32,000 bases of DNA from Candidatus Poseidoniaceae archaeon (GTDB lineage: Archaea > Thermoplasmatota > Poseidoniia > Poseidoniales > Poseidoniaceae), in assembly GCA_943789275.1 (NCBI GenBank), contig CALSTM010000003.1, positions 30,001 through 62,000 of the forward strand, read 5' to 3'. Shown here one piece after another: positions 1 to 6,434 of the stretch; within the stretch, counting starts at the first letter, position 1; each line of letters opens with the position of its first letter. The notes under the pieces were generated by a model. That model saw nothing but the letters and a program-made list of their open reading frames with translations. It ran no database searches and had not been told where the DNA came from. The position numbers and the translations under genes were made by a program.

Positions 1-2019
1 TACACCCACCAGTGCCAAACCCAAAATTGCAGATGCGATTAGACCCTTGCCGAAGGCTTTGTTACCACGCACGAAGGAGTAAATAATCGCCCCAATGTAG
101 GAAATCGGATACGCGATGAATGCAAAGGTGTAGAAGTTGTCGACTGGATTTGAGTAATCGTCGTAGTCATCATAGTAGTATTCTTTTTGGTATTCTATGT
201 ACTCTTCACCGTAAAGATATGCGTTATAATCGAAGTAGCCGGTGTTTTGCGGAGATGATTCTGGCATCAGATTGAGCGACATTTCAACAGTGGGCGGGAT
301 GGGGCCCAAGGGCAAAAACCACATGGTCTGATTCGATGAATTATAACCACCTATGGCTTCTGTTTGAGTTGAGATGCCGTCATAAATCGGTTCACTGAGA
401 TTACTGTCGCAATCATCACAAACCAACCAAGAAAAACTATGGCCGCCAGCTCGAAGAGGCGTGCTGTTGACGATTTCAAATTCCATTTGGAAATATCCCC
501 ATTCTCCACCACCATCTGACTCTTCAAAGGTTACAGTGAAATTCGTACGCTCGCCTACGCTATCCGGGCGTTCAGTGATCGGTGACGAATAGAGTTCATA
601 GGCAGAAAAATCGTCGTTACGAACATGGAGTGTTCGATTAAATTCGACATGGAATTCACGCGTCTCTGGGTCCCATGATTGATATTCAAGAGAGATATGT
701 TCATCGATTTCAAAGGTCGAATCTTGATAAATTACGGCATCATAACCTTCGCTGAGGGTGTCATCCATGCAATAAATTGGGAAGCGTTGACTTTGGTCGT
801 AGTATGCTGGCCATTGATACGAATCTACTTCACAGCCCAATACACTCCAAGGGTTAGCATCGCTTGAAATCAAAATCTGAGACGCATATGTTCCATTGGC
901 TGAAGACGTGACCTCAATGGCTGAGTTGTACCCGTACACATACGATTCTTCCCAAGTTGTGCTGTTGTCAATAGAAACCGGAGCCCAGTCAATACCGATA
1001 TCAAATTCCAATTGATTTGGAAAAGCAGAGCCATCAGCCATCGGTAAGGGTTCAAACGAAAGTCGATTCAACTCGGCATCATATGCCCCAATTTCAACCC
1101 ATTTTTCAGTTCGGTAGAACTGAGCCCAGTCAAGAAACGCAAACTCCTCATCAGGACAAGAGTCGCATGCTTCAGCAGAGAAAAAATAACTTGAATCTTT
1201 TAGACTCATCTCCATATAGAATTCTTCGGTCGAATTCGTCTGGATGTCGAATGTGTAGTTTAGGCCATCCACTGTTTCTCCGAGGGTGGAAAGTTTCGAG
1301 TACTGGCCTTCATCGTTCAAGAAAAAAGCATCGAGAGAAAGGTTTTCAGAAAAACTATTGTCGAACGACAAGGTAAGGTTCCTCTCCTGAAAACTGTACT
1401 CAGCACCGACCAGAGTGGTTTGCTCGCCGCCTGTAGGTGTGTCTTGTATGAGTTGCCAAACGAGTAATTCTCCGCTCGGTTCAACATAAAATTCAGCATA
1501 AAGGGATGGTTCCGTTGTACCGCATATAATCGATTCAGGAGAGTATTCATTGAAGATGGGTTCAAGAGAATACCTGTTTCCTGGCTCTCCATTCAAATCA
1601 ATGTAGCATTGTGAAAGTTCATGTGTGTCAGGTAAATCAATCGTTGTCGAATATTCTCCGGTCTCGTTGCGAACAAATGTCATTTCGTATGGGTCTGGGA
1701 ATTGTTGCCCGTATTCCACGTATTCTTCATGTTCACGCTCTTCCCTATCGCGCTGGGAATCCTCCATGCTAAAGCCGATGATTTGAATTAAAATAAGAAG
1801 GGCAATGGGTAGGAAAACTCCGAGCAGAAACATGAAAATGGATTTCCCCGTAGAGTCCGGTTGTTTCACAAATGAAGGGGCAAGATAGGGTTGTGAGGAA
1901 GGGGAACTCGTTTCACCCTGCAAAAAACCAATCGGCGCTGTTGGTTCGTTCAAAACGATTGAGGCTGGTCGCTGGGTAGAATCCGAGCCCTTTGGCGTCA
2001 AGGGTGATTCAAGGCCCAT
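1..2019 (-). CDS. Membrane-anchored, probably extracellular protein of unknown function (C-terminal end cut by window edge)
   Basis: Absent from the ORF track because no stop codon lies inside the window. I translated the minus strand from ATG 2019-2017 (MGLESPLTPKGSDSTQRPASIVLNEPTAPIGFLQGETSSPSS...). The frame stayed open in every block I translated (2019-1801, 1320-1201, 720-601, 120-1) and runs in frame to nt 1. There is a TM-like segment SIFMFLLGVFLPIALLILIQIIGF near the N-terminus and a hydrophobic FIAYPISYIGAIIY...LIASAILGLALVGV at the edge. The middle is acidic and rich in N-x-S/T. No family recognised. Confidence 0.75.
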   Translation of the reverse strand, partial: MGLESPLTPKGSDSTQRPASIVLNEPTAPIGFLQGETSSPSSQPYLAPSFVKQPDSTGKSIFMFLLGVFLPIALLILIQIIGFSMEDSQRDREEREHEEYVEYGQQFPDPYEMTFVRNETGEYSTTIDLPDTHELSQCYIDLNGEPGNRYSLEPIFNEYSPESIICGTTEPSLYAEFYVEPSGELLVWQLIQDTPTGGEQTTLVGAEYSFQERNLTLSFDNSFSENLSLDAFFLNDEGQYSKLSTLGETVDGLNYTFDIQTNSTEEFYMEMSLKDSSYFFSAEACDSCPDEEFAFLDWAQFYRTEKWVEIGAYDAELNRLSFEPLPMADGSAFPNQLEFDIGIDWAPVSIDNSTTWEESYVYGYNSAIEVTSSANGTYASQILISSDANPWSVLGCEVDSYQWPAYYDQSQRFPIYCMDDTLSEGYDAVIYQDSTFEIDEHISLEYQSWDPETREFHVEFNRTLHVRNDDFSAYELYSSPITERPDSVGERTNFTVTFEESDGGGEWGYFQMEFEIVNSTPLRAGGHSFSWLVCDDCDSNLSEPIYDGISTQTEAIGGYNSSNQTMWFLPLGPIPPTVEMSLNLMPESSPQNTGYFDYNAYLYGEEYIEYQKEYYYDDYDDYSNPVDNFYTFAFIAYPISYIGAIIYSFVRGNKAFGKGLIASAILGLALVGV

Positions 2020-2158
2020 AGCCAGTGTAGCCCGGCTTAGCGTTTAATGGGTCGCCCGGTTTATTCAACCAAATTCAAACACCGTCGTATAACGCTTAGG
2101 AAATTATGGATTTATGCTCGGTCGCGTTGAAATAGAACTGCTCAATCGGGGAAACACT

Positions 2159-2229
2159 GCACGGGTGTCGGAGCGGCTACGTCGGGGATTGCAAATCCTC
2201 TTACCTGGGTTCAAATCCCAGCCTGTGCT
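2159..2229 (+). tRNA. tRNA-Cys (anticodon GCA), CCA not encoded
   Basis: 7-bp acceptor stem GCACGGG/CCTGTGC (one G-U). Anticodon arm GGGGA-TTGCAAA-TCCTC. T arm CTGGG-TTCAAAT-CCCAG. 4-nt variable loop. Discriminator U73, the known CysRS identity element. The D stem is weak, with only C11-G24 and G12-C23 as Watson-Crick pairs. Confidence 0.85.
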
Positions 2230-2251
2230 CTTCTAATCGTGGCCTCAAGTG

Positions 2252-2257
2252 TTTTTT
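2252..2257 (+). terminator. T6 run downstream of tRNA-Cys (archaeal oligo-T termination signal)
   Basis: gtgTTTTTTacg lies 23 nt after the tRNA 3' end. Archaeal RNA polymerase terminates at oligo-T tracts. Confidence 0.4.
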
Positions 2258-2334
2258 ACGCGCAGTCTTGATATTCAAGAAGCGTTTCGTTTCTTTTATC
2301 ACATAGACACTGTCTATTGGATGGGGATGGGCCT

Positions 2335-3471
2335 ATGCCAGAGATAAATCGTTCATTAGAGCATGTTGGAATTGGATTTGCTGCATTCTTAGCTCCACCA
2401 GGGCCTGAGGTCATCCGATTCACCGTTGGTCAACCGGACTTTGACACCCCTAAACCGGTTGTCGATGAAGTCAAAGCGGCATTGGACCGTGGAGAAACTG
2501 CCTATACGCGGACCCAAGGTTCGGTTGAATTGTGCGAAGCTGTGGCCCAACATCTGTCAAAACACGACATTGTTGCTGTGCCTGATGATGTCTTAGTGAC
2601 TCCAGGTTGTAAACAGGCCATCTTGTATGGCCTTATGGCGACTCTCAACGCTGGCGACGAAGTTCTTCTTTTATCTCCCGCTTGGCCGTCCTATGACGGA
2701 ATGCTCAAATTGCTCGATTGTGTTCCAGTTCATGTTCCAGTCAAGCGAGAAAATTACCACCCGAACTTCGAGGCATTGGAAGCAGCAATCACTTCGAAAA
2801 CCAAAGCGATATTGCTGAACTCTCCGAACAACCCCACAGGCGCAGTTTACGAACCTGAAGAAATTCAACGAATTCTCGATTTTGCAATCAAGCATGATTT
2901 ATGGATTCTTGACGACATGATTTACGCCACATTGGTATGGACAGATTACCCTTACACCTCGCCAGCATCGCTTGAAGGCGGTGCTGAGCGAACCATCACC
3001 ATCGGCGGTTGGTCGAAAGGTTGGGCAATGACGGGGTGGCGTCTTGGATGGATTACTGGTCCAAAACAAGTCATGGATGGCGTCAAAAAAATCAACGTTA
3101 GCGCCGCAACCCACGTTGCTACATTCTTGATGCCTGCTGCAACAGTTGCTTTGGGGCTTGAAGAAGAAACTGCCAGGATGGCTGCTTCATTCAAAGAACG
3201 CCGAGGGTTAATGCATTCTCTTCTTTCTGAACTCCCCGGCATCGTGGTGCCTAAACCGGAAGGGGCGTTTTATGCCTTCTGTGATATCACAGGCACTGGA
3301 ATGGATGACCTCGAATTTGCTACACGTGCGCTTGATGAAGCGAGTGTTCAGCTCATTCCTGGATCACTCATCGAAGGGGGAGAAGGGTTTGTTCGGATTT
3401 CATACGCTACCTCTACAGAAGACATCCATGAAGGTGTTCGACGACTGCGTGAATGGCTTAATTCGCTGTGA
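2335..3471 (+). CDS. Class I/II pyridoxal-phosphate aminotransferase (aspartate/aromatic aminotransferase-like)
   Basis: ORF 2317..3471. Motifs GQPDFDTP, LNSPNNPTGAVY and the PLP-lysine box GGWSKGWAMTGWRLGW. The track start at 2317 is TTG. The first in-frame ATG is at 2335 (MPEINRS...), which I prefer. Confidence 0.9.
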   Translation: MPEINRSLEHVGIGFAAFLAPPGPEVIRFTVGQPDFDTPKPVVDEVKAALDRGETAYTRTQGSVELCEAVAQHLSKHDIVAVPDDVLVTPGCKQAILYGLMATLNAGDEVLLLSPAWPSYDGMLKLLDCVPVHVPVKRENYHPNFEALEAAITSKTKAILLNSPNNPTGAVYEPEEIQRILDFAIKHDLWILDDMIYATLVWTDYPYTSPASLEGGAERTITIGGWSKGWAMTGWRLGWITGPKQVMDGVKKINVSAATHVATFLMPAATVALGLEEETARMAASFKERRGLMHSLLSELPGIVVPKPEGAFYAFCDITGTGMDDLEFATRALDEASVQLIPGSLIEGGEGFVRISYATSTEDIHEGVRRLREWLNSL

Positions 3472-4531
3472 TACGATACAGCGTCCCACCGCCCCCAAAG
3501 GTCGCGTAGTAGAGATTGCCTTCAGGTCCAAAAACCAAAGGTAAAGGCGTACCAATATCGGTTGCAAACCGTGTAACTGTACTGTTCCATTGTTCACTGG
3601 GCGTAGAGGCGTTGGATTGTCCCGGGGTGAAATCAATCCGAACGATTTCATGGCCTTGAGGGAGTATGGTATTCCAAGAACCGTATACGCTTGCATAGAC
3701 AGTAAAACCCTCACTGGGCAAGAGGCCAGGTACTGACGAATTGTTCGGTCGTAGTGCAAGTCCGTTCAGCGATGTATGCGGCGTCCATTGGGCGATTGGA
3801 CCAAGGGTTCCTGATGGAATCGGGTTGTCTGGGTCATCGTCAGGCCAACCGTAGGCTTCACCCTCCACCAGCAAATTGACCTCTTCATCGGGATGGTCAC
3901 CGTCCCAATCCCTGCCGTTATCGGAAAAAAGATACCCCATGCCGGGAACCCAAACACCATCAAAGGAATTGCGAACTCCGGACGCTAATACACCGTGTTC
4001 TCCGGTAACTGGATGAACCCAAAGCAACGCAGCATTACGTTCATCACTCTCTTGACAAACATTGCATGTTGAACCACTGTGCCAAATCAATGTCCCGTTT
4101 GGAAAAGCATTGATGGCGTTGGTTTGGTGATTACCTGAAGGGATGTTATCGACCAACACAACTGGTCCAGAAAATGAAAAATTAGAACGGTTGTAACGCG
4201 TAAGTTTCCCTTCTTCAGAAACGAAGAGGTGCTCTGTCGTCAAATGAATGTCGTGGGGATGGTCTAAATCCGTGAGCAGGGTTGTCGGTGAGAAATCCTC
4301 CTCAGCGTCAAGCAACAGTATTCGTCCTGAATCACGATCGCACATGAGCAAGGAGGTGTTGTCGGCCCATTCTAAACAAGTCGGCCCGCCGTATCCAGAA
4401 TCAATCTTTTCTATGGAGAATCCGTCAGCGACCTCGCTGTTAAACGGCTCCACATAGGGATAGATCTCTCTAGCGATGAGGAGGAAAAAAAGGCAACATA
4501 CGATTGGAACGAGATGCTTGCGGACGCCCAT
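3458..4531 (-). CDS. PQQ-dependent sugar (glucose/sorbosone) dehydrogenase-family beta-propeller with N-terminal membrane anchor
   Basis: ORF 3458..4600. GSDH-family signatures GVRNSFDGVWVP and EEVNLLVEGEAYGWP. N-terminal hydrophobic LVPIVCCLFFLLIA. Start moved to ATG 4531 (MGVRKHL...) because the longer ORF overlaps the divergent neighbour. The 3' end overlaps the aminotransferase by 14 nt. Confidence 0.8.
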   Translation of the reverse strand: MGVRKHLVPIVCCLFFLLIAREIYPYVEPFNSEVADGFSIEKIDSGYGGPTCLEWADNTSLLMCDRDSGRILLLDAEEDFSPTTLLTDLDHPHDIHLTTEHLFVSEEGKLTRYNRSNFSFSGPVVLVDNIPSGNHQTNAINAFPNGTLIWHSGSTCNVCQESDERNAALLWVHPVTGEHGVLASGVRNSFDGVWVPGMGYLFSDNGRDWDGDHPDEEVNLLVEGEAYGWPDDDPDNPIPSGTLGPIAQWTPHTSLNGLALRPNNSSVPGLLPSEGFTVYASVYGSWNTILPQGHEIVRIDFTPGQSNASTPSEQWNSTVTRFATDIGTPLPLVFGPEGNLYYATFGGGGTLYRITAN

Positions 4532-4556
4532 AAAATTTTGACAGAAGTGGTGTCTA

Positions 4557-4584
4557 TGAACCCTCCCCTCGGAGGGTTGGTTCA
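4557..4584. promoter_or_regulatory. Perfect 8-bp inverted repeat (AACCCTCC-CCTC-GGAGGGTT, with alternative TGAACC/GGTTCA arms) in a divergent intergenic region
   Basis: Read directly from the sequence: tGAACCCTCCcctcGGAGGGTTGGTTCa. It sits 26-53 nt upstream of ATG 4531 (minus) and 41-68 nt upstream of ATG 4625 (plus). Confidence 0.35.
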
Positions 4585-4624
4585 TATTGCCTGTATTCAA
4601 GTAGTCCCGGCTGAACCGCTCACC

Positions 4625-5542
4625 ATGCCTCGCATTGACCGACGCATCGCGCTAATGGCTCTCTTCATGGTGTCCATCGTTTCCACCGGCTATTACCTGA
4701 ATATTGTGAACTATGAAAACACATTAGGAACGAAAAACACTCTTGCGGTCAAGAATGGAGTCTCGACTGAATCAACCGAAGATGTGTTGCTCGATTTGAG
4801 TTTTGCGAAAGGCGGAGAGAACCTCAGCTGGAATTCCATTCAGTTGGAATTAAACGTTGAAGAAAACACATATCCTTGCATGGTTGGAGGAATGAGTTCG
4901 GTGGCGCAAGACAACGGAACCGTGCTTTCAAAGTTGAATGCGGACGGTAAAACATTCACAATCAACATCGACACCAACAGTGAAGATACACAGTATGTCA
5001 ATTTGCACACTATGTCGGCTTCAAACAAAACATCATCGACATTTAGTATCCTTACAACAACCGTTCTACTCGGGGAAAATATAACCGGAGTTGCTTTAGA
5101 GAGCGATTTCGATGAAATCAAATACAATTCCAGTTATGTCATGGACGAGTCGAATGAGGAAAAACTGGATTGGTACACCTATGATTTAACCAACCATCAT
5201 ATCATACCTGATTCCGAAGTTTACATTGTAGAAGATCGCGGGGTCATGTTCAAAGTTCAATTCTTGAATTACTACAACTCAGATGGCCAACCCCGTCATT
5301 ACACACTACTCGCTGCTCCACTCGGAAACTTCAGCATACCAGCGCTCACCGATGAATCGATGGTCCAGGTTACGCCTTGTTCCATTGTAGAAAACGGCGA
5401 TGGTATTTGGGGTGCAGAAGAAGTAATTTCTCTGCAAGAGAATGGAATCAGTATCTGTGAAGGCGAATGTACTGTTACGGTCGTAGCTCTGTTTGAAGAG
5501 AAGCGTATTGCCGGTGCGGATTCAAACTATCTGCTCGGCTAG
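4625..5542 (+). CDS. N-terminally anchored secreted protein, unknown function (possible HmuY-like beta domain)
   Basis: ORF 4514..5542 with the start moved to ATG 4625 (MPRIDRRIALMALFMVSIVSTGYY, signal-anchor). Many N-x-S/T sequons. The segment DWYTYDL...VYIVEDRGVMFKVQFLNYYNSDGQ resembles, from memory, the HmuY-family pattern. This is unverified. Confidence 0.7.
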   Translation: MPRIDRRIALMALFMVSIVSTGYYLNIVNYENTLGTKNTLAVKNGVSTESTEDVLLDLSFAKGGENLSWNSIQLELNVEENTYPCMVGGMSSVAQDNGTVLSKLNADGKTFTINIDTNSEDTQYVNLHTMSASNKTSSTFSILTTTVLLGENITGVALESDFDEIKYNSSYVMDESNEEKLDWYTYDLTNHHIIPDSEVYIVEDRGVMFKVQFLNYYNSDGQPRHYTLLAAPLGNFSIPALTDESMVQVTPCSIVENGDGIWGAEEVISLQENGISICEGECTVTVVALFEEKRIAGADSNYLLG

Positions 5543-5544
5543 AT

Positions 5545-5940
5545 TCACATGCTTCCGCTTTCTGAAGCAATGAGGACGCCGAATAACAGTGCGTAGCCAA
5601 TGATTCCAAGTAGCGTTAGGCCGATGACAATCCATCCCACGACTTGAGCTGCCTTTGCCATACCTGCATCTGGGTGACCGGGCATTGAATCGGTAACTTT
5701 CAGTGCGCTATTCGCTAAGATTAGGCCTGGGATCGCAGTACAAATTGAACAGGCTACAACCCCTAAAATGGACAGCACCAAAGCCAAAACGGCTTGGGTA
5801 GGTGGGTAATATCCCCCCATTGACATGCCTTGTTGTATGGGGATTTGATTTGGAACTTGAGCCCAAGCTTGTTGTCCGTCTCCGTATTTTGATGCTACGC
5901 CCGAAGGCTGCATCTGTCGTGGTTGCTGTCCAGGTTGCAT
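5545..5940 (-). CDS. Small membrane protein with Q/P-rich N-terminus and 2 TM segments (DUF4190-like), paralog A
   Basis: 131-aa ORF. N-terminus MQPGQQPRQMQPSG...QQGMSMGGYYPP, then two TM helices flanking SMPGHPDAGMAKAAQVVGWI. Clear paralogy with the next gene. Confidence 0.75.
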   Translation of the reverse strand: MQPGQQPRQMQPSGVASKYGDGQQAWAQVPNQIPIQQGMSMGGYYPPTQAVLALVLSILGVVACSICTAIPGLILANSALKVTDSMPGHPDAGMAKAAQVVGWIVIGLTLLGIIGYALLFGVLIASESGSM

Positions 5941-5956
5941 ATTTTTTCCCTCTTCG

Positions 5957-6403
5957 TTAAAGTACTACACTCTCATCTAGCATCACGAGTGCCACGAAAG
6001 CCATGAGTGCCAGCAGCATTAGTCCGAGTGTTATCCAACCAACTACTTCGGCAGATTTGGCTGTGTTCGCGTCTGGATGGCCGGGCATTGAACGGGCAAT
6101 TGCACCGGATGAGCGGGCCATGAACACCCCGGGTATTGCCAGAACACCGCACAGAGGAAAACAAAGGAGCCCTAAAGCCAGCCCTGCGATTGACAACCCG
6201 AGTGCTGTGGATGCACTTGTTTTTGGGTAGAATCCACCCATTGGAATCCCTTGTTGAGGAAACGGCTGCTGGTACTGTTGTTGAAACGGCTGCTGGTACT
6301 GTTGCTGTTGCTGTTGAGGCTGTTGCGAATCCCAAACGCTAGCAATGACTTGTTGAGGCGGGGGGGATTGGTTGTTCGGTTCCTGGCCCTGCATATTCGA
6401 CAC
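5957..6403 (-). CDS. Small membrane protein with Q-rich N-terminus and 2 TM segments (DUF4190-like), paralog B
   Basis: 148-aa ORF. QQPQQQQQQYQQPFQQQYQQPFPQQGIPMGGFYP, then two TM helices flanking SMPGHPDANTAKSAEVVGWI. It starts 16 nt after... i.e. its stop lies 16 nt upstream of paralog A's start. Confidence 0.75.
   Translation of the reverse strand: MSNMQGQEPNNQSPPPQQVIASVWDSQQPQQQQQQYQQPFQQQYQQPFPQQGIPMGGFYPKTSASTALGLSIAGLALGLLCFPLCGVLAIPGVFMARSSGAIARSMPGHPDANTAKSAEVVGWITLGLMLLALMAFVALVMLDESVVL
6259..6306. repeat. 24-nt tandem duplication (2 copies, 23/24 identical) inside the Q-rich coding region
   Basis: gaaacggctgctggtactgttgtt / gaaacggctgctggtactgttgct. On the minus strand this encodes the QQYQQPF duplication. 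Confidence 0.9.
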
Positions 6404-6434
6404 TCCTTTTCACTGATATAATGATGTTACGCCG

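Noticed and set aside
2020-2334. tRNA-Cys as a possible integration hotspot marking a mobile element or genomic island
   Set aside because: No integrase, transposase or phage-like gene flanks it, and I did not notice a duplicated tRNA 3' segment elsewhere in the window (by-eye check, not exhaustive). The neighbouring genes are ordinary.
3400-3759. 119-aa minus-strand ORF overlapping the 3' part of the dehydrogenase gene, and other 60-100-aa ORFs nested in the large genes (e.g. 2627..2818, 7034..7330, 9899..10156, 20113..20499)
   Set aside because: They are nested in alternate frames of genes with strong family motifs or long uninterrupted ORFs. None has independent start signals or recognisable content.
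4514-4624. Mutually overlapping N-terminal extensions of the divergent ORFs 3458..4600 (minus) and 4514..5542 (plus)
   Set aside because: Both proteins have internal Met codons immediately before signal-anchor helices (ATG 4531 and ATG 4625). The overlap region contains a strong palindrome and looks regulatory rather than coding.
5973-6342. Alternate-frame and antisense ORFs (120 aa, 75 aa, 68 aa) over Q-rich paralog B
   Set aside because: The called frame gives a protein that is clearly paralogous to its neighbour. The others arise from CAG/CAA repeat composition.
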